This document shows, in pieces, positions 23,024-32,222 of a DNA stretch of 64,000 nucleotides (position 1 is its first letter; each line of letters begins with the position of its first letter). This stretch comes from Candidatus Eiseniibacteriota bacterium. Lineage in GTDB: Bacteria > Eisenbacteria > RBG-16-71-46. The position numbers were made by a program, and so were the translations under genes. Below the pieces are notes generated by a model. That model searched no databases. It was not told where the DNA came from and was given only the letters and a program-made list of their open reading frames with translations. The stretch is taken from contig CAVUWA010000002.1 in assembly GCA_963744995.1 (NCBI GenBank), positions 1-64,000 on the forward strand, written 5' to 3'.

Positions 23024-25435
23024 ATGTTTCACCTCACAGCGCGAGCCCGTCGCCACGGTGCGGTCCTCGGCACCCTCGCAATCCTCCTCCTTTGCGGGGG
23101 GCCACGTTCGGTTCCCGCCCAGGACTCACCCGCGACGCCCATCACCGTCGGAGTGATCTCCGACTGGCCTCCTTATTACCTGCACACCCCGGACGGCCGG
23201 CCCGCGGGGTTCGCGATCGACGTCTTCGATGCGGTGGCGTCGCGTGCGCACCTGGCCCCGCGCTACCGCGCGTACGACACGTTCGCCGCGATGCAGGCCG
23301 CGCTCGAAAAGGGCGAGATCGACGTCATCCCGAACATGGGCGTCATCCCCGAGCGGCACTACCTCTTCACCAAGCCGATCAGTACGTTCGACATCGCCCT
23401 CTTCGTGCGCAAGGCGAGCCCGAAGCTGCTCACGCACGAGGACATTCACGGCAAGGTCGCCGTGGTCCGCACCAACGTGGGCGAGCGCCTCGGCGCCGAT
23501 CTGCCGCGCGCCGACCTGGTGGTCTACGGTGACGTGCGCGAGGCGCTCTTCCGGCTGCTGTCGGGTGACGTCGATGCGCTGATCTTCCCGGACCCGGTGG
23601 TGTGGTCGCTGGCGCGCAGCGCGCACGTCGACCACCTGATCCGCGAGGTGCCGCCGGCGCTGGGCGAAGTGAAGCGCGCCATGGCGGTGGCCAACGGGCG
23701 CAACGACCTGCGGGCGCGGCTCGACCTCGCGATCGAAGGGTTCCTCGGCTCGCGCGAGTACGCCGCGATCTACCGCCACTGGCATGCGCCGCCCGAACCG
23801 TTCTGGACGGCGCAGCGGGTGGCGGTGCTCGCGGCGATCCTGCTCGTCATCGTCGGGCTCGCGGGCGCGCTGTGGCGCTACCTGGCGCTGCGCAAGGCGC
23901 ACGGGCGGATCCGCTTTCAGGCACGGCTCCTGGACATCATCGGCGAGGCGGTCATCGCCACGGACCGGGAAGGCAGGGTGATCTTCTGGAACCGCTTCGC
24001 CGAAAAGCTCTACGGCTACCCCGCGGCAGAGGCGATCGGCCGGCCGATCACCGCGCTCACGGTGCCGCCGGAAGGCGCGAGCGAGGCAGGCGCGATCATC
24101 GAAGCCATGCGCGCCGGGCGCGGCTGGCAGGGCGAATTCAGCGGCCTCAGGCGGGACGGCACGACGTTCCCTGCGCTGGTGACGATAGAGCCGATCTTCG
24201 GCGAAGGCCATGCGGTGGTCGGCATCGTCGGCGTCTCCACCGACCTCACGGCGAGCAAGCAGCTCGAAGACCAGCTGCGCCAGTCGCAGAAGATGGAAAG
24301 CATCGGGCGCCTGGCGGGCGGCGTGGCTCACGACTTCAACAACCTGCTCACGGTGATCGCCGGCACGACGGAACTGGTGATGGACGACCTGCCCGAAGGC
24401 GATCGCCGCCGCATCGAGCTGGCCGAAGTGCGCCGCGCGGCGGAACGCGCCGCGGCGCTCACCCAGCAGCTGCTGGCGCTCAGCCGCAAGCAGATCATCC
24501 AGCCGCGGGTCATGGACCTGAACACCGTCGTGCTCGACGCCGAACGCATGCTGCGCCGCGTGATCGGCGAAGACATCAGGCTCACGATCGAGCCGGGCGA
24601 CGCGCTGGCCCACGTGCGCGCGGATCCGACCCAGATCCAGCAGGTGATCCTGAACCTGGCGGTCAACAGCCGCGACGCGATGCCCGAGGGCGGCCACCTG
24701 GCGATCGCGACGGCGAACGCCGAGATCGGCGAAGCGTTTGCGCGCGCGAACCCGTGGGTCGCCGCCGGGCGCTACGTCGTGCTCAGGGTGAGCGACACCG
24801 GCGTGGGCATGGACGAGGCGACGCGCCAGCGCGTGTTCGAGCCGTTCTTCACCACCAAGGGCCCGGGGGAGGGCACCGGACTCGGTCTGTCGACGGTGTA
24901 CGGCATCGTGCAGCAGAGCGGCGGCACGATACACGTCGAGAGCACCCCCGGCGCCGGCACGACGTTCGAGGTCTACCTGCCCGTGGTCGGCGAAGCGGTG
25001 GCCGATCCGGACGACAAACCGCTGGCGGGCGACGGCGCGGGCAGCGAAACGATTCTCGTCGTCGAAGACGAGCCCGGCGTGCGGCAGCTGGTGCTGCGCA
25101 CGCTGGCGAACGCCGGCTACGAGGTGATCGCCGCCGACCGCCCGCGCGAGGCGTTGCACACGGCCGAGCGCTACCAGGGCCGCATCGACCTGCTGCTCAC
25201 CGACGTCGTGCTGCCCGACATGTACGGCCCCGAGCTGGTCGCGGCGCTGGCGCGGTCGCGCCCGCACATGAAGGTGCTCTACATGTCCGGCTACGCCGAG
25301 AGCACGATCGTGCACCACGGCGTCGTCGACGCCGGCACGCAGCTGATCAACAAGCCGTTCGCACTGGACGTGCTGGTGCGCACGGTGCGGCAGGTGCTGG
25401 ATGCGGGGAGCGTGCGGGCGGGGCGCGGCGCATAG
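23024..25435 (+). CDS. Hybrid sensor histidine kinase (periplasmic SBP family 3, TM, PAS, HisKA, HATPase, REC)
   Basis: GFAIDV SBP motif, FWNRFAEKLYGY PAS, AHDFNNLL, FTTK..GTGLGL, ILVVEDE...LLLTDVVLP. Confidence 0.95.
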   Translation: MFHLTARARRHGAVLGTLAILLLCGGPRSVPAQDSPATPITVGVISDWPPYYLHTPDGRPAGFAIDVFDAVASRAHLAPRYRAYDTFAAMQAALEKGEIDVIPNMGVIPERHYLFTKPISTFDIALFVRKASPKLLTHEDIHGKVAVVRTNVGERLGADLPRADLVVYGDVREALFRLLSGDVDALIFPDPVVWSLARSAHVDHLIREVPPALGEVKRAMAVANGRNDLRARLDLAIEGFLGSREYAAIYRHWHAPPEPFWTAQRVAVLAAILLVIVGLAGALWRYLALRKAHGRIRFQARLLDIIGEAVIATDREGRVIFWNRFAEKLYGYPAAEAIGRPITALTVPPEGASEAGAIIEAMRAGRGWQGEFSGLRRDGTTFPALVTIEPIFGEGHAVVGIVGVSTDLTASKQLEDQLRQSQKMESIGRLAGGVAHDFNNLLTVIAGTTELVMDDLPEGDRRRIELAEVRRAAERAAALTQQLLALSRKQIIQPRVMDLNTVVLDAERMLRRVIGEDIRLTIEPGDALAHVRADPTQIQQVILNLAVNSRDAMPEGGHLAIATANAEIGEAFARANPWVAAGRYVVLRVSDTGVGMDEATRQRVFEPFFTTKGPGEGTGLGLSTVYGIVQQSGGTIHVESTPGAGTTFEVYLPVVGEAVADPDDKPLAGDGAGSETILVVEDEPGVRQLVLRTLANAGYEVIAADRPREALHTAERYQGRIDLLLTDVVLPDMYGPELVAALARSRPHMKVLYMSGYAESTIVHHGVVDAGTQLINKPFALDVLVRTVRQVLDAGSVRAGRGA

Positions 25436-25444
25436 GGAAAGGCC

Positions 25445-26005
25445 TCAGCCCCGGGACTTCCTTCCGGCCTTGCGTTGCTTCACGGCCCGTTCGAACTCCA
25501 GGCATGCCTCGGCGGCCCCTTCGGTCAGGCTCCACTCGCGAATCGTCTTCATCTTCACGGGATTCTTCAGAGCGATTGCAATGGCCGCATCGAGCGCCTG
25601 CCGGTCGTTCCAGTGGTAGAAGGCCGCGAGGCGATCACGGCAGGAGTCGGTTGGACTCAGCGCCCGCGTTACCCACCGGCGCCGCTTCAAGAGCACCGCC
25701 CGAATGTCGACGTCGCTGCCGATGGCCAGAGGTCCCGGCGGAAACTCCACGAAGTATTTCAGATCCGGATGTTCATAGTGGTCACCGCGACGCATGAAAC
25801 CGAGGCTGGACATGGCATCGTCCAGGGCGGCCTGCGTCGGCAGGCGGGTGAGGACGTAGTCCACATCGACAGACGTGTAGACGCCCCCCGAGCGGAGGTG
25901 CGCACAGGCGCCGCCCGTGAGAACGGCGCGAATGCCAGCTCTTCGCAGCGCATCCCCCACGCGGACGGCAAGTTCACCCAGTTCAATATCGGGCTTCAGC
26001 CTCAC
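25445..26005 (-). CDS. Nucleotidyltransferase-fold protein (AbiEii-like putative toxin)
   Basis: VLTGGAC...TSVDVD motif; GTG start overlaps upstream stop (GTGA). Confidence 0.65.
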   Translation of the reverse strand: MRLKPDIELGELAVRVGDALRRAGIRAVLTGGACAHLRSGGVYTSVDVDYVLTRLPTQAALDDAMSSLGFMRRGDHYEHPDLKYFVEFPPGPLAIGSDVDIRAVLLKRRRWVTRALSPTDSCRDRLAAFYHWNDRQALDAAIAIALKNPVKMKTIREWSLTEGAAEACLEFERAVKQRKAGRKSRG

Positions 26006-26334
26006 AACTTCTTGCCCGTGCGGCGGGGTCGTCTTCTCAGAGCGGCGACGCGTTGCAGGAGATCGGACCGTGTCTCGGAGAGGCGCAACAGATAGGCCTC
26101 GAGCTCGGCCCTTGCAAAGTGTCCGGGGTTGATTCGAAAGGCCCTCGTGCGCCCGACACTGCGTGCCGCGACGAGGCCGTCCCGTTCGAGGCTCTTGAGC
26201 GCCTGCTGGACGGAATAGAGCGGGATCTCCAGCACCCTCGCCAGCTCCCGGGCGTGGCTCTCGCGCAGGAGGCGCAACGCGATCAGAACCAGGGTACGGC
26301 TTCGGCTACCGAAAGGGCTCGCAAAGGTGACCAT
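26002..26334 (-). CDS. Winged-HTH protein (putative antitoxin/regulator)
   Basis: PFGSRSRT, ARELARVL..PLYSVQQALKSLERDGLV....GRTR. Confidence 0.85.
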   Translation of the reverse strand: MVTFASPFGSRSRTLVLIALRLLRESHARELARVLEIPLYSVQQALKSLERDGLVAARSVGRTRAFRINPGHFARAELEAYLLRLSETRSDLLQRVAALRRRPRRTGKKL

Positions 26335-26616
26335 AACAATTGGTCATATATCACAATAGTTTGGTCGATGCAACGGGGCGGGGAGAGCGCCCGGGGTCTC
26401 GCCCCCGCGCGCGCCAGCGACTCCGGGTCAATGACGAGTGTCACCCTGAGCGACACTTTGCGCCCTGCCACCGGGGCCGGAGCGCCCGAGATGCGCGCGC
26501 AGCGTCGCCAACTGTCCGCCAGGGGCCCGACCGGGCCCACCTCCGTTTCGTGGTGCTGCCGTGAGTTCTGTCAGGGACTCGAGCCGGCCGGTCTGGCAGA
26601 TCGGCACATGTGAAGC

Positions 26617-26631
26617 GGGCACGGAGATTGC
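26617..26631 (+). promoter_or_regulatory. Possible sigma54 promoter upstream of the AhpD-like gene
   Basis: GGGCAC-GGAGA-TTGC followed by an AT-rich tract. Confidence 0.35.
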
Positions 26632-26848
26632 CTTTGTCGAAAGATCATTTTCTTCGTGCAATTCCGGCCCTTTCGCGCATTCATATGCGTTACCCCTCGT
26701 ATTTGATATTCCGTGTGATGCATTTCCAGCACGGGTCCCCAATGTTTATGAAGAGGGGCCGCACGTCTCCACGTGATCGGCCCGCAGTCGCTTCCCGGGG
26801 CGGTGGGCCGCGCCGCCCGGGAGCGACTCGTTCTGCCTGGGAGCCACG

Positions 26849-27388
26849 ATGGCCCACATCCGCTACGTCCCCGAAGACGAGCAGCAGCCCGGCGACCGCG
26901 TTCCCGATCCGGACCACATCATCCAGATCCACTCGCTGCACCCGGCGGCGATGCGGCATCACCACGGGCTCTACCGTGCGCTGATGCACGAGCCGGGGCC
27001 GCTCACGCGGCGCGAGCGCGAGGTCATCGGCGTGCGCGTCTCGGGCCTCAACCACTGCCCCTACTGAATCCGCCATCACGGGGCGGGGCTCCGTCGCTTG
27101 CTCGAAACGGAAGGCATGGCGGCCGCGGCGCAGGAATCGCTGGTTCACGCGCTGCTCGAGTGGCCGGTCGAGGCGCTGCCGCTCTCGGCGCGCGAGAAGG
27201 CGCTCGTCGGCTATGCCGACAAGCTCACCCTGACGCCGGCGCGCGTCACGGCCGCCGACATCGCGCCGCTGCGCGAAGCCGGCCTCGACGATCGCGCGAT
27301 TCACGACGCCTGCGCGATCGTCGCCTATTTCGCGTTCGTGAACCGCATCGCCGACGGGCTGGGGGTGGAGCTGGAAGAGGGGAAGTAG
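26849..27388 (+). CDS. AhpD/carboxymuconolactone decarboxylase-family peroxidase-related protein, probable selenoprotein (UGA 27065-27067)
   Basis: ORFs 26849..27067 and 27098..27388 are in the same frame; read-through gives LTRREREVIGVRVSGLNHCPY-U-IRHHG (CxxU..H) and a complete AhpD-like C-terminus (AYFAFVNRIADGLGV). Confidence 0.85.
27078..27094 (+). promoter_or_regulatory. Candidate bacterial SECIS hairpin
   Basis: ACGGGGC-GGG-GCTCCGT 7-bp stem (one G-U) with G loop starting 11 nt after the UGA. Confidence 0.7.
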
Positions 27389-27431
27389 GCGCCCGGGAAC
27401 TCTGCCGGGCGTCCCGCACGCCACATTTCCG

Positions 27432-27485
27432 TTGACCCGGCGGCGCCCGGCCTGCTAATTTTCCAGCACTGCTAAAAATTCAGCA
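27432..27485 (+). promoter_or_regulatory. sigma70-type promoter overlapped by tandem BlaI-family operator palindromes
   Basis: TTGACC (27432) and TG-n-TAATTT; TGCTAATTTTCCAGCA (27453-27468) and TGCTAAAAATTCAGCA (27470-27485). Confidence 0.75.
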
Positions 27486-27531
27486 CGGGTCGGGACCGTG
27501 CGGAACGCGGGCGACCCGCGGGGGATTCGGC

Positions 27532-27915
27532 ATGCGCAAGCTCAGGGTGCTCAGTCGCCGGGAACGCGAAATCTTGGACATCGTCTACGGCTGCGGCAGC
27601 GCATCGGCCGCCGCGATCCGCGAGCGCATGAGCGACCCGCCGAGCTACTCGGCGGTGCGCGCGACGCTGCGGATCCTGGAACAGAAGGGCGTGCTGCGCC
27701 ACGCCGAAGACGGCGCGCGCTACGTCTACCGGCCGACGGTGCCGCGCGATCGCGCCCGCGCGAGCGCGGTGTCCCATCTGCTCGAGACGTTCTTCGAAGG
27801 CTCGGCGGCGGGCGCGCTGGTGGCGCTGCTCGAAGAGCGCTCGAGCCAGCTCTCGGAAGACGAGCTCGAGCGCGTGGCCGAGCTGATCGCGCGCGCACGC
27901 CGGGAGGGACGCTGA
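27532..27915 (+). CDS. BlaI/MecI/CopY family transcriptional repressor
   Basis: LSRREREILD, SYSAVRATLRILEQKG, LLETFFEGS. Confidence 0.95.
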   Translation: MRKLRVLSRREREILDIVYGCGSASAAAIRERMSDPPSYSAVRATLRILEQKGVLRHAEDGARYVYRPTVPRDRARASAVSHLLETFFEGSAAGALVALLEERSSQLSEDELERVAELIARARREGR

Positions 27916-30329
27916 TGCTCGCGCCGCACGAGTGGGGCCCCGTGCTCCTCGGCTTGACGGCCGTCGGCGGACTCGGCTGGGCCGCGCTGGCGGGCGCCGG
28001 TCGCGCCTCGGCCGCGCTCCGTCACCAGATCGCCGTCGCTTCGTTGCTCGCGATGCTCGCGGTGCCGGCCGCCCTGCGTCTTCCTACGGTCGAGCTGCCG
28101 CTGCTGCCGGCACGGCCGGCCGAGGCGTCGGCGCCGCGCGCGGCGGTGCTGCCGGGGTACGACGCGGACGACGTGGCGACACCGGCCTGGCGCGCGACCG
28201 ACCACGCCGCGCCGCCTGCCCGCATCGCCGTCTCGGAATCGTCGCCGGCCGGCACGCCGCGCCGGCCGCTCGATCCGATGTCGGCGCTCCTGCTGGCGTC
28301 GGCGCTCGTCTCCGCGCTGCTCGCCCTCCGGCTCGCGATCGCGGTGATCGCGGCGCTGCGCGTGGTGCGTCGCGCGGCGCCCGCGACCGACGGACGCCTT
28401 GCAGCCGAGCTCGAAGCGGCGCGCACCCGGCTCGGCATCCGCCGTCGCGTTTCGCTGCGAATCGCCGAGCGGCTCGCAGTCCCGGCGGTGTTCGGCTGGT
28501 GGCGGCCCACGCTGCTGCTGCCGCGCGCCGCCCTCGACTGGCCCGGGGCGCGGCGGCGCGCGGTGCTGGTGCATGAGCTCGCGCACGTCGCCCGTCACGA
28601 CGTGGTCGGCCTGTTCGCGGGCCACGCGGCGACGACGCTGTTCTGGTTCCATCCGCTGGCCTGGCTGCTCCACCACCGGGCGCGGCTGGCCTCCGAGCAG
28701 GCATGCGACGATCGCGTGCTCGACGCGGGCGTGCGCGCCTCGGAGTACGCGCGCGACCTGCTCGAGATCGCACGCGGTGAACGTGACGGCCGGCTGCTGC
28801 CGGGGGTGGGGACGGCGTTCGCCCGGCGCTCGGCGCTCGGGCGACGGCTGTTCGCGATTCTCGAGCCCGGCGCGCGGCGCGGCCCGGTCTCGCATCGCGC
28901 CACGGCGTGGATCGCGGCGGGCGCCGTTCTGGTGGTCGGCGCGTTCGGCTCGCTGCGCGTGGGCGCGGCGCCCGCGCCCGCGCCGGCGTCGCACGGGGCC
29001 GCCGCGCCAGCGCCGCGCGCGGCGACGGCGGCAGCGCCCGAGCCCGGTCGTGCGCCCGCCGCGAATCGCGCGAACGAGGCCGCGCCCGCGGCGCGGCCCG
29101 GACCCGAGGCAGCGCAGGCGTCCGAGCGCGGCGACGAGGCCTTCACGAAAGCCGCCCTCGAGGCCGATGCCGCAGTCGCCACGCGCGCCTGGCAGAGCCG
29201 GCATGAGCAGCTCGCCTCGAAGACGAAGTCGAAGACCCGTTACGAGACGAGCGACTCGCGCCGCGATCGCGACGAGGGCGAGGCCGCGTATGACCGCGCG
29301 TCCGAGGCGTACGACTCGAAACGCTTCAAGGATGCGGCGCCGCTGTTCACCCGCGCGGCGCGGCTCGGCTACCGTAGCGACGTCGCCTGGTACAACGCCG
29401 GGTGCTCGTACGCGCGCTCGGGGGACGAGCGCGCCGCGCTGGACGCCCTGGGCCGCGCGCTCGACTCGGGGTTCGACCGTCCCGGAATGTTCGCGGCCGA
29501 CGACGATCTCGACGCGCTGCGCGGGCGGCCCGGGTTCGACGCGCTGCTGGAGCGCGCGCGCAACACCGATCATGCGAAAGCCGAGCGTATGAAGACGCGG
29601 GCCTCGTTCGAACGCCTGATGCGGAACGGATCGGGCGACCATGGCGCCTGGAGGCGCACCGGCGCCGAGCTGCTGCAGCAGGGAGATGCGGATCGCGCCG
29701 TGCAGGCGTTCGAGCGCGAGTTTGCGATCGACTCGAGCGCATCGTCGCTCTACAACCAGGCCTGTGCGCTGGCGGTCGGCGGGCACGAAGGGCGCGCGCT
29801 GGACCGGCTCGAGCGATCGATCCTGGCCGGGTTCGGCGACGGCGACCAGCTCGCAGGCGACGCGGACCTGCGCTCGCTGCGCGGCTCCGGGCGCTTCGCC
29901 GAGTTGCGCGCGCTCGCGGACGACCTCGAGCTCGACATTCGCTACGACCACTCGGTGCGCCACCTCGAGCACGGCGACATGGCGCGCTACGAGCGCGTGG
30001 CGCGCGAACACCCGGACCTCGGCCGCGCCTGGTGGAACGTGGGTTACGCGGCGCTGGTCTCGGGCGACCCGGATCGCTCGGTCGAAGGCTTCAAGCGCGC
30101 GCTCGCGCTCGGCTTCCGTCCGCGGAAGGCGATGTACAACATCGGCTGCGCCTTCGCGCAGGCCCGCCGCCCCGACGAGGCGATGCGCTGGCTCGAGGCG
30201 GCCGAGGCGGCCGGCATGGACGTCGGCGCACGGGCGCACGATGACCGCGACCTCGAGCCGCTTCGTTCCGATCCGCGCTTCCGGCGGATGCTGGAGCGCT
30301 GGTATCGCGGGAACCCGGAGAAGTCGTAG
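27915..30329 (+). CDS. BlaR1/M56 family metallopeptidase with C-terminal TPR repeats
   Basis: TGATG coupling to the repressor; HELAHVAR, WFHPLAW, EQACDD; repeated YNxGCxYA TPR-like units. Confidence 0.92.
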   Translation: MLAPHEWGPVLLGLTAVGGLGWAALAGAGRASAALRHQIAVASLLAMLAVPAALRLPTVELPLLPARPAEASAPRAAVLPGYDADDVATPAWRATDHAAPPARIAVSESSPAGTPRRPLDPMSALLLASALVSALLALRLAIAVIAALRVVRRAAPATDGRLAAELEAARTRLGIRRRVSLRIAERLAVPAVFGWWRPTLLLPRAALDWPGARRRAVLVHELAHVARHDVVGLFAGHAATTLFWFHPLAWLLHHRARLASEQACDDRVLDAGVRASEYARDLLEIARGERDGRLLPGVGTAFARRSALGRRLFAILEPGARRGPVSHRATAWIAAGAVLVVGAFGSLRVGAAPAPAPASHGAAAPAPRAATAAAPEPGRAPAANRANEAAPAARPGPEAAQASERGDEAFTKAALEADAAVATRAWQSRHEQLASKTKSKTRYETSDSRRDRDEGEAAYDRASEAYDSKRFKDAAPLFTRAARLGYRSDVAWYNAGCSYARSGDERAALDALGRALDSGFDRPGMFAADDDLDALRGRPGFDALLERARNTDHAKAERMKTRASFERLMRNGSGDHGAWRRTGAELLQQGDADRAVQAFEREFAIDSSASSLYNQACALAVGGHEGRALDRLERSILAGFGDGDQLAGDADLRSLRGSGRFAELRALADDLELDIRYDHSVRHLEHGDMARYERVAREHPDLGRAWWNVGYAALVSGDPDRSVEGFKRALALGFRPRKAMYNIGCAFAQARRPDEAMRWLEAAEAAGMDVGARAHDDRDLEPLRSDPRFRRMLERWYRGNPEKS

Positions 30330-30591
30330 GCGGTGGCGGCGCGGCCCCGCGCGGGGCCCGGCCTGGGACGACGCCCGGCGCGGGGCGGCATCGGCCAGGC
30401 GCCGCCACGGCCCCCGCACGGGGGCTGCCGCGTGCACGCGCTCCCGGTCGAGCCGGTGGCGGCCGGCGCCGCCCGACTGTCGGGCGGGCCGACACTTTCC
30501 CGGAGCGTCGGGCCGGACCGCCGCCGGAATCCTCCCCAGGCGGCGCCGTAACCGGCTGTCTTTGAAAGCACAGGCCGGCCGGCCGGGCCCG

Positions 30592-30606
30592 TGGCACGAC
30601 TCCTGC
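30592..30606 (+). promoter_or_regulatory. Putative sigma54 -24/-12 promoter
   Basis: TGGCAC-GACTC-CTGC, 65 nt upstream of ATG 30672. Confidence 0.6.
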
Positions 30607-30671
30607 CCTTCCCTCTGCGGATTGGTATCCCTGCATGGAAGGCAACCCCTCGACTCGGCAGGAGGCCGGAT

Positions 30672-31121
30672 ATGGGAAAGATCGTGCTCGCCGCACTGGT
30701 GGGCATCTGGATGTTCAACCTGGCGCGCCTCATCGCGGGTGGACTCCCGGGGCATACCCCGGCGGACCTGCGCAGCTCGTACGTGGTCCCTGCGGCAGAG
30801 GCGTCGACGGCCGCGACGAGCGAGACGCTTGCGTCGCTGCTCCCCGACGGTGTCGCTCTCGAAGTGCGTTCGGCGACCGCAATGACGGGCGCCAACACCA
30901 CGATCACGGCCCGTCTCGTGCTGGCGCAGCCGTCGTCGGTGGACCTCGACCTCTATGATTCGAGCGGCCGCCGCATCCTCACGCAGAGTTCCCGGCGGCT
31001 GCCCGCGGGACGCAGCACCGTGCAGCTGCAGAGCGTGGAGCGGCTCGCCGAAGGCCGCTACTGGATCCGCGCCCGCGTCGGCGACGACGTCGCGACCCAG
31101 ATGGTCACGATTCGCGAGTAG
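30672..31121 (+). CDS. Small exported protein consisting mostly of an FlgD-Ig/T9SS-like domain
   Basis: GGAGG RBS; hydrophobic N-terminus; LDLYDSSGRRI...LAEGRYWIR...MVTIRE. Confidence 0.75.
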   Translation: MGKIVLAALVGIWMFNLARLIAGGLPGHTPADLRSSYVVPAAEASTAATSETLASLLPDGVALEVRSATAMTGANTTITARLVLAQPSSVDLDLYDSSGRRILTQSSRRLPAGRSTVQLQSVERLAEGRYWIRARVGDDVATQMVTIRE

Positions 31122-31287
31122 GCGGGAAGGGCGCGGAAGGCTTCGCGCCGCAGCTTGAAGAAAGTCGCGCGGGCCGGCCCTGCGCGGTCGTTCCGACCGG
31201 GGAACGAACGCGGGCCGGCCCCGCGCGCAAGTGCATCGTCGTCCGCAGCGCCCGGCCGGACGATCCCGCCCCGGCCGCGCCGCGGCG

Positions 31288-31926
31288 CTACTCCTTCGAC
31301 TTCCTCGGGATGATCCCCGCTTTGGCCAGTTCGGGCACGATCGCGCTGCTGACTTCCCGGCTCACCTGATTGGTCGACGAAGGGTCGATGCTGCGGCCCT
31401 CGGCGGTCCACACCAGCTCGCCGCCCTTGCCGTCCGCGTACCAGACGTCCACGCGGTGCGGCACGATGCGCACGGTATCGGTGGTCGGCTCGACCGCGAC
31501 CTGCGCGTAGTAGGTGTGATAGCGGCCGGTCCAGTTGTTGTAGCGCGTGCGCGCCTCGCTGGTGACGTAGCCGGGCTGCTCCTCGGTGCGGCGCTGGGTC
31601 GGCAGCCGCGCCGCGACCAGCACGCCCTCGATGTGGTTTTCGCGCACGTACTGGCGCACCTCTTCGGTGTCGGGGAACGCCGGGAACACCTTGTAGGCGG
31701 CGGTGGCCTGCACGCCGTACTTGCCGAGCTCCTTGACGAAGGCGTCTTCCATGATGCGGCGGTTGCCTTCGTTGCGCTTCATCACGACGACCAGCATCGA
31801 ATGCATCGGCGTGCTGAAGTCCTGCGACGACCACACGTTGACGAGGCCGGTCGACGCACAGCCGGCGAGCGCCATGACGGCGAGCGCGCCGAGCAGGGCG
31901 GGAAGCCGGAATCGGTAGCGGCTCAT
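31288..31926 (-). CDS. Lipoprotein of unknown function (DUF4136-like)
   Basis: Lipobox LAGC; C-terminal ELVWTAEG. Confidence 0.8.
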   Translation of the reverse strand: MSRYRFRLPALLGALAVMALAGCASTGLVNVWSSQDFSTPMHSMLVVVMKRNEGNRRIMEDAFVKELGKYGVQATAAYKVFPAFPDTEEVRQYVRENHIEGVLVAARLPTQRRTEEQPGYVTSEARTRYNNWTGRYHTYYAQVAVEPTTDTVRIVPHRVDVWYADGKGGELVWTAEGRSIDPSSTNQVSREVSSAIVPELAKAGIIPRKSKE

Positions 31927-32222
31927 CTGGGTTCTCCGGGTAGGGTGGGCGCGAACGTCTCGTTTCCTGCGAGCGCGCCGATCTTACCCACGTCCCGGCG
32001 CGCCGGAAAGCGGGCGCGCGCGCCGCAAACCTCGTGTGCGGCGGAGCGAGCCGCCGGCGCGGCCGGCGACACGGCCACCGATCGGTGGTCTCGTCCGCGC
32101 GCGCAACCCGGCCGGCGTGCAGGGCGTAGGGGAAACGAGGAGGGATTGCCATGCCATGGTCCCGGGGTGCAGCCGTTCGCGTGCACGCGTGTGCATCGCA
32201 TGCCGTCCGCGCGCGGCGCGGT

